In this document: piece after piece, positions 12,401 through 27,400 of the stretch | Layout: the number at the start of each line of letters is the position of its first letter | Position numbering within the stretch: the first letter of the stretch is position 1 | Notes under the pieces: generated by a model | The model's input: the letters and a program-made list of their open reading frames with translations, nothing else | What the model was told of the DNA's origin: nothing | Database searches by the model: none | NCBI GenBank assembly: GCA_964016885.1 | Contig: OZ024743.1 | Location: 245,334,001-245,398,000, forward strand | Length of the DNA: 64,000 nucleotides | Source: Eledone cirrhosa | Taxonomy: Eukaryota | Reading direction: 5' to 3' | Translations under genes and position numbers: made by a program

Positions 12401-15400
12401 TCAATATTAAGCTTCAACAGATTTAGCTATGAGAATTAGGTCATCAGCTGGTTTTTAACTCCTCTATCATAGCCTGGAACTCCTTAAATTATTTCATTAC
12501 ACAAGCAGATCATCATTTTACATTCATTTTCTATACCGTTATGGAAACATTGAAAAATGAAATTTACGGCTGACACCTATATAGGGTTAGCTGGCATCCT
12601 ACAAGGTTTCTTTGGTGTTTGTTTTAATGAGAAAGGCCCCAGTCTATCATGAAAAGCAACATGAAATGAAATGTCTTGCTCAAGAATACAACATACTGCC
12701 CTGTCCAGGAATCGAACCAAAAACTTTATGATTGTGGTCCCACACTCTAACCACTGGGCCTATTACATAAGAAGGCCACAAAACTGTCATGATTTAGCAA
12801 GTTATAAATACATTAACTCCTTTAATGCTAAATTGCCTGAAACCATCCCTGGTTCCCTGATATAAAAATATGTCTTAAAGTGTTTATATTTATCTAAAGA
12901 CCTTCTAATATAAAGAATTTTTGCTAAGCTATGTTCCAAACACTTGTTGAATAACAATAAAGTTAGTTATATTACAAAATCCCTCCAAATCTTTTTAATT
13001 GTTTTCATAATGAGACATATAGCAATGAAAATATTTAGATAATTTCAACTTACTTTTCTTATCTGGGTAGGTCCAATCATTGTCATTGTCATCATCTAAA
13101 CTCTCATCACTGTCTCGTTTCAGTGTTGTCGTAGCAATTCTAGTAAATTAATTATAGAATCAGTATTAGAGGTGACATTACAGTGAGTGGAGCTGGGTCA
13201 ACATAAGATACAATTGATGTTACACTCAATATGTGTTACAACAACAGATACAATAATTTCTATAAAACTGAAGTCATATAATATGTCTTACAACTGATAA
13301 TAATAAATGTGAAAAATCATCTAACAATGAATTAAAATGAAAAGACACTAGTAATAGAGGATATTCGATGGCTGGAGAGAAATAAAGCAAATATGCTCCA
13401 TTGGATGTGTGTGAACGACCAAGCATGGATGAGTTGAGAGGGAAACTGGGTATAAGAGGGATAAGTTGTGGTGTGCAGGGGAGAAGACTGAGATGGTATG
13501 GACACGTGATGCACATGGAAGATGACCGCTGGGTGAAGAGGTGCCAGGAAATCCCAGTAGAAGGAAGACGCAGTAGAGGAAGACCACGAAAAACATGGGC
13601 GGAGGTGGTGAGAGAAGACCTCAGATCGCTGAAACTCACGGTGGAGATGACGAAGGACCGTGACAAGTGGAGAGATGCTGTGCTGAATAGGACCCGTCCC
13701 ACCCTTGCAAGCAGGAAAAAGCGGACGTAAAATGATGATGATGATGACAAGCAAGGGAGATTATTCCAAAATCCAAATTAATTCAATTTTGTATAGGACT
13801 CATGCAGTGGAGAGTGGGTTGGATCTTTGGGAAGCACTGCAACAGCTTCACAGATGTTTCTGTTTTATCAGATCTCAACTTTATAGCAACATGGTACAAT
13901 GACTAATGTTATGATAGGAATGGAGCCTCTATCATAAAAACAACCAAGAAACCTCCTAAGAGATACAATCTGATAGGAGGTCGGCTAAACTTATGTATAT
14001 GTGAGCAGTAGCAATAAGAACAAAAACAAAACGGCTTATATTAAATATACCTTCTCATTTTTCCAAACCACTGGACAGAACGTTTGATGCTTTGAGCAAC
14101 ACTATTCTATATTCAAATCTACTAAGTGTCAACATTTTGATGTGTGTTGCACCAATACAGTGATTGTGTGGCTGTGCACCAGCTCAGCTTAAAGGAAATA
14201 TTGCTTATATATCAGTTGAAAGGTTTGACAGAAGAGATCGCAATACTGGCATTGAGTTGTGAATCTAGCAATGACACTCAAGTAGTTTCAATAGTCAAGT
14301 CTAGCTTCACAAAGAAACACAATTCACTACTGTAAGCAGTAGAAGCACAAGCACTATATATCTAATGAGTGTTTCTTTCCTGAATGTACTGATTACAAAT
14401 ACTCCCAAGAATTATTTTTTACACTGTTTAGTCAAGGAAAGAAGGGCAGCACTCATGACTTCTTTCAGGGCCTCCAAGATTAGTAGGAACAAGGAAGATA
14501 TTTTCAAACTGAAAACCTGGCCAGAATGATGCAACAGAATAGAATCTGCTAAAGACACTCAAGGGCTAAGTGGTGGTGTTAAATTGAGTGATGCATTACG
14601 TCTACCACCCAAGGGTTTGAACTCACAAGGCAAAGAGTTGGAATAAATATTATAAAGCATGTCATCTGATGCTCAAACAATTCTGAAAAGTCCACTGCCT
14701 TAGACTAGCACTTTATTTTATCAATCTCAAAAGAACAAAAGGTAAAGCTGGCCTGAGTGGGATTTGAACTTAGAATGCCAGACCAAACACTGTAAGCAAT
14801 TTTTCCTGTGTTTTCTGGCAATTTGCTGCTTAACCCCAGTGATATAAAAATCCAATTGATGACTAGAATGGTAAATGTTAAGATAAGTGAGAGATTAAGT
14901 CTAATATCCAATGTTAACTTAGATCTTCTTCAGGTTATAAGCACATTAAATTATTTTAATTAGAAATAATATATTTTTCAATTTGGATGAGAGAGAAAGA
15001 GAGAAGGGGGGAGAAGGAGAGAGAGAGGGACACACACACAAAGTGAAATCAAGTGTGTTTCAATAAGGAATGGTTGAACTATATCTTACCTTTTACTTGC
15101 TATTCTGGAACTATTTCGGCCCATACCCATACATTTTTCTAAGTGTGGAGCAAACCTTGATGCTGCTAAGTGCCGCTGGCAGTTAGGACATGTGCATTCA
15201 AACTGTTTTTTTGTCGGTACTTGGCCAAATACATCAACCCCAGATTTGTAAACAATTTCTTTGAAAGAAAAAAAAGAGTAAATAAATATATAATATATAT
15301 ATCAATGAAATAAATTTTAAAATTTCTTTCTTTCCTCTTCTTAAACTGAAAAATGTAACAAATATATCAATATGCTGGTATGTTAATTAAATAAATTAAA

Positions 15401-18400
15401 AAATCTCACTCCTCCCTTTTCTAACTAAAAATATAATATATCAATATGCTGCCATAGATTTGATGAGCTGTCAGTCTAAATTCTTATTCAGAGTTAATGC
15501 CCCACTAGGTAGGTTGGAGAACCACATCTTACTTTTACATCTCATTCTTGGCATAATTTCTACAGCTGGATGCTATTCCTAACACCACTTTATAGGGTGT
15601 ACTGGGTGCATTTTATTGTGATACCAAAAGGTTGTGATGTTGTTGGAAAAACTAAAGAGTCCTCTTACACCTACATTGTCTTTGATCATTTGCCAACTAC
15701 TTTGCATTTTAATATAGCATTGTGTGTGATCAATCATCATGGTTCTTCATTATCTCCTCTTGAGATCAATCTTCATCACTTCATCTCATGTCTTTTTAGG
15801 TCTCCATCTTCCACAGATTTCATCCACTTCAAGCATTCATTACTTCTTTATACAATTTATATCATCCAAAAGCATTACATGCCTGTACCAGCACAACTGT
15901 TCTCTTGCACAGCTCTTAGCAAACCCCCAACTTTCAGCTACTCAAACTACGTAAACCTAATGTCTAGCTTCTCTTCTAATTACTACAATGTTCCTTTTCT
16001 TTCAGTCTGTTTAAATCTGTCTTTTAGGCATTTTATAACTCTTTCACAGTATCATTCAACCACCAAGTCATCATCCATCTGGCTGGTACTTTGCTTCACC
16101 CACAAATCGCACCTCTATCTCAATAATATATTGTATTAAATATAATATGAATTCGTAAACGGAGATATTTCTATCAGAATGTTCTGGGTCTGGCAGTGAA
16201 GAATAAGAAAGTTTTGTTTCCTGTAGTCTAGATGTAGTTTCATTTATGGAATATATTTATAGAACTTGTGTAACTTACCATGTTCTTTATGTGACCTGAA
16301 AATATAAGAAAATGGACAATTTATCATTTAGAAAGTAGTTTAATTGTTTCTAAAAGATACATATCAATTATTATGGTAAACATACTTATTTCTAGCATAA
16401 GTATAAAGTTACAAATACTAAGGATGTGTATAATGGATTATATCAACCATAGTAGTTCACTGCTATTTTCCAATGGTAAACAAACTGAAAAATAACTTTT
16501 GTGTGAACATTTAATATTGTAGGGACACCCTGAACAATTCGATCATCATTAAGGATTATAACAGAATTATTTCTCATGGCCTTCCAAAGTTCAATGAGAA
16601 GATTTGAACCTGGTATTTGTATTTGTACATATGCCAATATTCAACCCGGATAAGTTAAGTCAACTCCTGTCAGTGAATCCACAGCATCACAGATTTAGGC
16701 TGCCTATGCATGGTGATCAATGATGCCTGATGCAGATATTGTTAGCCAATTGTGATTCCAAAAGCAGGCATCATATCAGCTCAAGAACTTAGCACTTCAC
16801 TTCAAACTCACCAGTTTATTTGTGCTGAACTGGGTCCTTATGTCATAATGAAGGGGACTATCTTAATCTACTGACTGAGTCACTGGAGCACCAGATAAAT
16901 TGCATTTTCATGCAGTGTATTTAGAGTAAGACCCATCACAGTCCTAATTATATTCAAAGGAGAGGTTAAACCCAGCAGTGTTAACGAATATTGCCAGATC
17001 AATTTCATAAAAAGTATCACAAAAATTGCCTCTAAGTTGGTTCTAATTTACTTAGTTGATAGATTAATACGATACTCAATAACTCAATAAGATTTTTGCC
17101 TATAAGAATTAAACATTTTAAAGAAGCTAGTAGCTAAAATCAAAAAATAAAATAGTAGCATGCTGTTCTAAAAAGTAGCACATTTTGCTACTTGTAGCTC
17201 AATCAAGCAACCCATGCTAAGTTATACCATCTCATGTTATTTATTTAGTACGAGGTGGATTGAGCCAGTGAGGGTTCTGCCCTAGATGCAGTGTTGTATT
17301 TAGTGATACTATTGATATTTTAGCCAACAAATTATATAAGATTTAAAATCAGATAGGCTCAGCCCAAGTAGATTTAGTTTTTGTTATCTATTCCTAAGTC
17401 AGCTCTTATCAAGTAGACTTATAATCAAAGCATTCCAGTCATGACCACCCCATCTTAATTTCAGATAGTGTATTCAGGAACACATTAAGCAATGTGTCCC
17501 CCTTTTTAAAGATAGTTGCTTGAGGGGAATTTAGCTGTTATTTCTAGCACATTAAGTGACCAGGTAGAACAGTAGTTCCTCAACTTTTCACTACCAAGGG
17601 CCCTTTTTAATTAAATGAATCTTCCAACAAATACCCTCCCCGCACTACTATAATTACTCTCCTTTATAGTGGTATACAGGGAAAATAACAATTGTAAGAG
17701 GGAAATATCTATAGAAGTAGAGATATGCAATAGCACAAGTATATTATGTTTTTAACAAAGTACTTGAAATTTTAAACTTAACTCACAGAACCGCCAATAC
17801 AACTTTAGTGGATAATCCCTACCAGATCCAAGGACCCCAGATTGGGAACCACTGACATAGATGCTCTTTCACTGACTTGAAGAAGACATTTAAGTAAGTT
17901 GTTCAGGATAAAGGGAAATGAACTCTAAACCTTTCACTTGGTAAACACACTCTAGGGATTCATCCTGTCTGAATACAAGTACTCCAAAAATCTTTTTTTA
18001 AATGTTTAATCAAAAGCAAAGCAAAACTTCCTTACCATGGATCTGTGTCCCCTAAGAATAAGGTTCCAATTTTTGCTGACCGGTGTACTTCAAAACACAC
18101 TCCTAGGGTTACTTCATCGATTAAATCAGCTGTTACATCACCAACAGCAGTCTGAAATATTAACAACATCCTTGAATCAGACATGTTATGTTATGTTAAA
18201 GTGACAATTGTTTCTAGAAACACCCAGCAACTTCACATTTTATTTACTAAGAATTAATGAAAAAAAAAAAATATTGTGAACAGTGCTCAGGTGCATTACA
18301 GCTCATGAAAGGTGTATGTATAGTACATAGAATAATATACAAATGTCAGAAAAGTGAATATTGCATGAGTCATTATATACACACAGACACCTGCGTGCGT

Positions 18401-21400
18401 GTGTATGGAGGCAGAATATCAGGTGTAATGTTGGCGAATTTCAGGAAGCATAGAAGTTTTGAAGGATGCAGTGTCCCGACAGCTAAGAACTGATATAGAT
18501 AGTTTGTTCATTCACATATTTTCCAATCTGTGTGTATATATAGGCAGTCAGGTTGAATTGTATCTCTTCCTTTGGCTTAGGTTGAATTACCTTGTTTTTA
18601 AGTTTATGGTGAGACTAAAATATTTTAAAAACAGACTCTCAGTTTACTGTATTGAATACTTTAATGAGATCCACAAAAACATTGTACAATTCTCGAATTC
18701 TTGATTTCTCTCTCAAAGATTTCCTTGCAGTATGCAGAAAATATTCAATAGTTAACTGAGTTTTGGTTGTCTTAAAAAAAAAAATTTAATGGAAGCATCC
18801 TTAAAATCCAAGCAATACATGCATGTTGCTCCATCATCATTGTTTTTACATTCCATTTTTGAAGCAATTTTCTATAGCTGGATGCCCTTCTTGACACAAC
18901 TTGTTGACCCATTAAACTGTGAGATGTATTGTTTATGTGGGATATAAACAAATGATACTTGTTCAAAATGGTGACAAGGTGAAGACATATATAGAGACAG
19001 ACACACATGCATGACTGAAGGGTTTCTGTAAAGATTCCATCTCCAAAAATTTAATTCACAAGGCATTGGTCAGCCCAAGGCTACAATAGAAGACAGTTGT
19101 GTGTGTCTATATATAGGCGATACAACAAACACACACACAGACATGACAGCGACCAGCTTTAAGGATAGGTAGTACAACCACCACCACTCCTTTAACCGTA
19201 TTGATAGGTGACAGAGCATGGCACTATCCAACCTTATATGAAGGCTCAAATAGAATGGAACACAACACTCTCTGTCATGGTCAATGCATGCAAGTACATG
19301 ACCATACATGAGTAGATATTTTTCGCGTGGTTCTGATCTTTTCCCTACTGAAGCTATACATATCAAACTTTCCAGTTGTTGTCTTCCTGTTTCTTCTACA
19401 ACAACTACGCGACCGGTATTTGAGGAGTTTGGCCCCCTCAGCCCAACGTGCAGCAGAACCTGGGCCAAACTCCTCAAATACTGGTCGCTCTCTGACAGGT
19501 TTGCGGTTGTACCCCTGGCAGTGGAGACTTCTGGTGTCCTTGGCCCCAGGGCTACCTCCTTACTCACCACCATAGGCGCTGAGCTGGCCAGCCGCAGGTG
19601 TGAGCCCCACGAGTTGGAGTGGCTTTTCCAGCACGTCTCCCTTGCCATCCTCTGGGGAAATGCCTTCTCCATTCTGCCTGCCGGGGCTGTGGGTGGGCCC
19701 CATCGTGTACCGTTGTAGTTGTTGTAGAAGAAACAGGAAGACAACAACTGGAAAGCTATACATATTATACAAGCTGAACCCCAAATAATCAACAAACACT
19801 CGCACTTCTTCAACAAATGTAGGCACAAGATATCTAAAGCACCTTGATTTGTTGGTCACCTTGTTTCATGAGTTACTAAGCACTATCCACCAACTCAGTG
19901 GGAAATATTTTGCCCCACTGACGCCTACAAGTATTGCATCTGCCCTGTATGTGTACATGATGCATAGTACTCACATATTTGCATGTAATGAATTGCTATG
20001 CAGCCATACACTTCTGTATTTAGATACAACACTGCATAACCATTGCACATATACATGTTTGATGATATATATGTTTTTATATATACCTGTGTATGTATGT
20101 ATGTATATATGTGCATGTTGTCTAGGCATGCGTGTGTGAACACAAGGCTTTATACATATCTTTAAACTTAACTAGAACACACTGTCACAGAAATCTTTGT
20201 ATTCGCTACCTCTAAACACAACACACATCCTTACTCCTATATACACCCTAGAGGAGCATGCTAAACTTCTTTAAAGTTTAAATTTGGCACCAGCAGGGCA
20301 GCAGTTGTTGAATAGCTAAGGTCACACCACTATCTTCTTTTGTAAGTATACAAAAATAAGAAGAAAATAAATAATTAAATTTACCAGCCTACTTTGTACC
20401 CCTTGTAAACCAAAGCTGATGACCAGAATTAGTAACTTGATACATTTGGTCCAGCGACCTACTTCCATCACCACTGCTAACAAGCCATCCCCTCCCTCGA
20501 CCCATAACCTGCCTCTTGCCAACGTTTGTACATCATATGCTCACTTATACTATGGCGAGAAAAACAAAATAACATTAACCTAAATACCTGTCTGATGACA
20601 ATATATCAAATAATTGTTACACAACGATGCTAATGCCTTTAAAATGTGCATAACATGATGTAATAAACTGAAGATGTATACGTGATACCGTCCGTCGCTT
20701 TTTTTTTCTGAGTTCAAATCCCGCCGAGGTTAACTTTGCCTTTCATCCTTACGGGGGCGATAAAATAAAGTACCAGTAATACACTGGCCTTGTGCCAAAA
20801 GTAGAAACAATTATTATAAACATATATATATCGAGCACTACGCTGATTTATGGTCTTCGCACGAGAGGGGGGGGGGGGGGGTCAGGGAAAACGGACGTTA
20901 AATGATGGTGATGATAATGATGACGACAAGGTATATAATCATCATTATCATTTAATGTCCATTTTCCCCATTCTGGGTTGGTTAGGTCGTCATGTGTGTG
21001 TGTATTTAGATTTTTATGTTTATAACTTGTAAATTAGCGGTACGACAAAAAGAGATCGATAAAATAAGTATCAGACTGGAAAAAATAAGTACTATTGTCA
21101 ATAGAGGCAGTGCCTAAGCACGACCGCAGTCTAATGACTGAAGCCAGTAAAAGAATAAAAACATATATCTACACGCACACACTACATACTATATCACTGT
21201 ATAGCCATGTAAACGGAACAGTTTACAATGGCTTATCTATATATACACACATACGATTGGCTGAAACAGCTGACACCCCTAGCACATATTTTTTTAATAT
21301 ATTCTCGCCCTACCCAATCGCTCAACAATTTGGAGAGTTAGAGAGAGGGGGCTAAAAGTGAAAGGACGGGGATTATTGACCAGGAATGTGTCACAAATGA

Positions 21401-24400
21401 ATCAAAAGAAACAGCCTTCACTAACAACACTAATATAATGGTTTCTACTATAAGCACAAGGCCAGCAATTTGCCGGAAGCGAAAGTCGATTAAATCGACC
21501 CAGGTACTTTACTGGTATTTGATTTTAACGACCTCGGAAGGATGAAAGGCAAAGTTAACCTCGGTGGGATTTGAACTCAAAACGTAAAGGGCCGTAACTA
21601 AATGCTCCAAAGCGTTTTGTCCAACGCTCTAGCGATTTTGCCAATTCACCGCCCTTCAACAATACTACAACTAATAATAATTTTACTACTTTTGACACAA
21701 GGAGAGCAATTACTGGTACTTTATTTTATCGACTCCGTAAGGATGAAAGGCAAAGTTAACTACAACTAATAATAATAATTGTTACTACTTTTATTTACCG
21801 ACCTCGTAAGGATGATAGGCACAACTACCTCGGCGGGATTTGAACTCGAGGTTAGCTTTGCTCTTCATCCTTACAGGGTCGATAAAATAAAATACTACTA
21901 ACGCACGCTCGTGTGCGGGGAGAGTACAAAAGCAAAATATATAGAAAAACAACAAACAAAACACGGTGGAGGATTTATATTGAGTAAGGTAGGGGTTAAT
22001 AATAAGTAGGGGTATTAATAAGTAGGTAATAATAAATAAGACAACCCTAAAATGTGGCGGAGGGACATAGGCTGAGTCTGGACAGCCCATACACAACTCC
22101 AGCTTATAACACTAGAGGCAATGTCTTCTTCCAGTTCTTAGTACCAACCTACAGCCGCATAGTTAATGTGGACCCATTTAGCCATATTCAGTTTCGCCAT
22201 TCTCACCCATCCCTGTTAAAATTTCTGAGAAGATATCACCTCCATCTCTACCTTTATCTTTCTCTACAAATGGTATTTGAAGCTGAAAGGATTTGTCTCG
22301 AGAGCAAAACACTACTACTACTACTACTACTAAAAAATAATAATCATTTTTACATAGGCACAAGGCTAGAAAATTTGAGGATTAGTCCATTATATCGACC
22401 CTAGTACTTGACTGGTGCTCATTTTATCGACCTCGGTAGAATTCGAACTCGCAGTACATATTCATAACAAATATCGGCATTTTGTTCGACGCTCTAACGA
22501 TTCTGCCAATTCAATAGACAATCTAGCTGCAAAGTGTGTATAAAGCTACTTAATGTTTTTCACCCTTTCTTTTTGGAAGGTAACAAACACTAGCATTCCC
22601 TGCTGTAGAGTGTGCATGTCTTTTCCTGATTTGTTTATTTTGTAAAACATAAACATTATATAATGTAACACATTATAATGCTTGTTGAATAAAAAAAAAA
22701 AGTTGGTTATTTAACATATACGATATATCATAAGTAAAATTAGTTATGTACGTATGTGTCCATACAGAAACAGGCTGGTGATGTCTGTGTATACATATTT
22801 GTTCAAAGTGAATTTACAGACACATGTATACACATACATACGCAAACATGAATTGTTTTTGATTTTGTTTCTTGTTTTTAAATACACAAAATGGATTTTC
22901 TTTGACTAGAAACAAGGCCATATACGGGAAAGAAGACATTGTTGACGGATTGTAAACATAGTATTTTACTGGTATTTATTTGATCGACACTGGAAGGGAT
23001 GGAGGAGGAAAGGTGAACAAAATCCTCAGAGGATATGAAATCAGAACCGTGAAAGACGAAAGTGTAAATATTTTAAAACATTTAGTCTGATATTTTCCTC
23101 TTTTTGGCATTCTCCACCACCTCGGAAGTATACCGGATTTATTTATACACAAGCTAACGAGGAAACCCTCTAGGTGATTGTTCGAACTGCTAGAAACAGC
23201 AGCGGAATCTCGCTCAAACGACGAAGTGGCTCTGTATACACTGCATGGGAAAGGCACGAGATGATCGCGAATGGAATGCCTTTGATCATGGGTCAGTTCG
23301 ATCAGGGCTGATCTAGAGTTAAACTAACAACACACAAGGAAGGGAGTGAGGGGTTATAAAAATGAAGGAGATTGCAGGAGGGTAGAAGGGGAAATAAAGT
23401 TGATATGAAACAGAGAGGGAGGGGGGGAGCATATACAGGCATGAAAGCTAAATGGGCATAGCAATACAACTGTGTGGCTTATGAAACAGGGTGGAAGTAA
23501 CAAACGGTTATCACCGCCATAAACCATATCTTCCCAGGCCTTCGCTCCCCTGGACATCGCAATGGAAAGAGAGAAAGAGGAATGGAGAGAGAAAAAGATG
23601 AGGCTGACATCTGACATTCCCACACCGCCACTGCCCTCTACCACCGCTACTCTCACCGACTGTTCCAGTAGAGTTGGCAAATGGTGTCGTTGGCTTGGAG
23701 AAAAGCACAGTTCCATCTGAATGTTATAAATTCTAGCTTTTAAACATTAATCAACACATACACACATAAGGTGCGAAACTCGCTATCTTAAAGATAGCAA
23801 ATTTGGCTGTTACATTGAGTTATGTATACAGTAGTTATTACTGCGTGTTCTTAGTTAAAATGAATATACAAAGGTATACAGGTAGCTGAGTGATATATAT
23901 ATATATAAAGAAAAATAGGTACATAGATATATAGGTAGCAGGTATTTCAGATGATACATCTAGAGATTCCTAAACGTTATTCCTCATTCATCTGCCATCT
24001 TTTTCTTATCTGAATCTGACAACACACGGACATATAATTCTGAACTCATGCTGTGTGTGAGAGTATATATACAGGTAAAATTCCGTTATAACGAATACCA
24101 TTATAACGAAATNNNNNNNNNNNNNNNNNNNNNNNNNNNNNNNNNNNNNNNNNNNNNNNNNNNNNNNNNNNNNNNNNNNNNNNNNNNNNNNNNNNNNNNN
24201 NNNNNNNNNNNNNNNNNNNNNNNNNNNNNNNNNNNNNNNNNNNNNNNNNNNNNNNNNNNNNNNNNNNNNNNNNNNNNNNNNNNNNNNNNNNNNNNNNNNN
24301 NNNNNNNNNNNNAGCCTTAAATAAACACGCACTCCGTGTAAATTTACTATCTCACATACATAAAGATAGATATATACACACACACACCGTGTAAATTCAC

Positions 24401-27400
24401 TACCCCACATTCATAAATAAATATACACATATTTATATATAAATATTTGATATTATAAGAGACAAAATGTAATGTCTTAAAGAAATGCCAATGTGTGCGT
24501 ATGTTTATGTATATGTGCGTACGTACGTAAATGTGAAGGGTTGCTATCTCTCGGAATGGAACTAACGTTTTCTAAAGTAATTTACAGAATTGCCAGTAAT
24601 GTGAAGGCACATGGACTGGTGATTAAGGGATTGGTTTCACGACCGTGAAGTCGTTCGATCGCCAGACAGGGCGACGCATTGTGTCCTTCAGTAACATACT
24701 TATTTCACATTGCTTCAGTCCACTTCGCTAAAAATTGTCAACATATGGGGGGGGGGGGGGTATCTATGTTGAAATTCCCCCCTCTAATAATTTTTAGGCA
24801 AGTCAAGACACTCACAACACTGCCGCGGTGAGATTCAACGTGATACAGTGTGTTGTGACAATGCTGGCTCACTGAATTAGACATTGGCATAGCCAAGCAC
24901 TCTCACAAGCATCACCTGATAACTTCAATAAGGCAAGCTGCTCAGAATGACCAAAACCTCTTTGCCAGCGTCTCACAGCCACCACTATGGAATGTCTTGA
25001 ACAACATTGACTGAAAAATAAATGAGTGAAATTGGTACAAACTGCAAACTGAGGAGCCTCTTGGATTCGGAGAGACTAAATTTAACATGTTAATATTCAG
25101 ACAGTACTAATGTCAGTGTATTAGACCTCAGTCGGTAACGACGACGAGTGTTTAAGTTGATTCGATTAACGGTAAAGCCTGCACCTGAAATTAACATGTA
25201 AGTGGCTGAGCATACCAGAAACATATGCCCTTAACGTAGTTCTCGGTGAGAGTCAACATGACAGTGTGTGACAATGCTGGCTCACTGAATTACAGACAAC
25301 TCATTTTTGCCAGCTGAGTTGAACGTTCTTGAGCTACCCATTCTAACCAGCCAGTACTAATAAAAAACAAATACAACACTAATTTACAGAATATAAATAA
25401 TATATAAAATAATCACTCAGTACAAGTTAATTAAAAAAGCATTTTTACATAATTTTGTAGTTAATATGTATCTTTTTTTTTAAGCATCAAATGAGTGGCG
25501 ATGGGTCATGATAATGGTGAGAGTGTAAGTGGTGCCTCCCCCCACCCCGATGACGTAGTCATGATGGTGGTGGTAGGGCTGATAATGGTATTCATGATGG
25601 TGATAATGTTGGTATTGAAGTTAATATTGAAAATGGTGGTGATTGTAGTGATATGGTGGTGGCAAGGCTGGTGCCTGTTGTGATAATGGTGGTGATAGTT
25701 TTGGAGGTTGTGATGGTTTCAAAAGTGGTGGTGGTAGTGATGGTGTGGTGGTAATGATGGTAACAGTAGAGGGGGAGTGGTAACTGTGATGGTGATGATC
25801 GTAGTGGTAGTGGTGGTGATGATGATGATGATGGCAATGGTGGAGTGGTGTTTGTGGTATTAGTTATGATAGTAGTAGCTGTGATTTGTGGTGTTGGTGG
25901 TGATGGTGATAATGGTGATTGTAGTGATGGTGACAGCTGCCTCTGCATGTGTGTTTGTGTATATTTAAGGTACTATTGAAGAGATCCAGATGGTAGAGAT
26001 GACACCATAATGTAAAGCAATGCCTTCTTCACCCAATTCCTCCATCATTGTCGAGGACTGGGTGGCTATGTCATATAACCTATATCTCAATTTCTAAGTT
26101 CTCTCTCTATATATATAGAAATATATGTGTGTGTGTAAACATATATAATCACCATCATTATCATCATCACTGTTTAACAGCTATATATGTATGTGTGTGT
26201 ATAGACATACACTACTATTATATACCTTGTAAAGTAGTGGTAGTTCTGAAGCCACAACAAAAAGTACCCTGTTCGCACTGAGGTGGTGGTGCCATGACAA
26301 AAAAAGCACCCTGTCCACCTTGTAAGGTGGTAGTGCTGGAATTATGATGAAATGTTGCCAGTGCATGTTGTAAAAGGGGTTGGCATTAGGAAGAGCATCA
26401 AGCCATAGAAAGCAAGCTTAAATTGGACAGTACAAGCAAGATGTGTTCATCTCACCCGTATAACTTCAGTACCATATAACTCATGCAATCATGAAAAATA
26501 TATATTAAATGGTGATGATATCATCAGTTAACGTCTATTTTCCACGCTAGCATGGGTTAGACCGGTTTGTCCCATTAGAGGCAAGTTGGGTCGGGTGACC
26601 GTGACTCACTCATATATGACTGTTTCTGGCTGGTTTTCTATGGCTGGATGCCCTTCCTAACGCCTATATATATATAGAGAGAGAGAGAGAAGGGGGCAAA
26701 GGAGCTATTACTCCTGCTACCAACAAATGGTTTCTTTCTCAGAGTGAAGAGCAAATTATATGATATTTGTGTCCGAAGTAACGTTTCAATGGAGAAAAAC
26801 TGGGATACTAAATACAGAGGATGTAGAATGAATAGAAAGAAATGGGGTGGGATGCGCCATTGGTTGTGTAGTATTACTGTGTGTGAATGAGCTAAGAGAA
26901 AAGAAGAATCAGATATAGTTTGTAAGAGAAAACTGTACCAAACTCATAGAGACATGTGATGTATATGGAGGATATCAATTGAATAAAGAAGTGCCAAATG
27001 TTTCAAGTGGATGGAACCTCTGGAAGAAAGAGTCATAGGAAGACATGGAACAAAGTGTTGAAGACTGATTTCAAGAAATTGAATCTCAAAAAGATGATAA
27101 AGATCTCTGTCGATTGGCAATAGACAAATGGTGCTGGAACAGATCTGCCCCCAATCATCCCACGATGTGTAATTATAGGAAAATATTGTTTAAAATAATG
27201 GCAGTGGTGATAGAGGTTATGTAGTATAATATATCTACATTGAAGTCTCCTGCCTATATCCCTGTTAACACTTTAGCATTTACATTACTCTATATTTACT
27301 ATTGTATTTTCACAGTAAAGGCTTTACTTCATAATTATCTCACATAATATCGAATCTATGAGATTTTGATATTATTTATTTTGAGAACAATACCTTAACA

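Noticed and set aside
20385-20468. Alternative first exon [28 protein letters not shown] with a phase-0 GTAAAT donor
   Set aside because: A hydrophobic signal-like peptide does not fit a nuclear SAGA subunit and there is no promoter-like context. The 47969-48019 exon fits better, though this one is not formally excluded.
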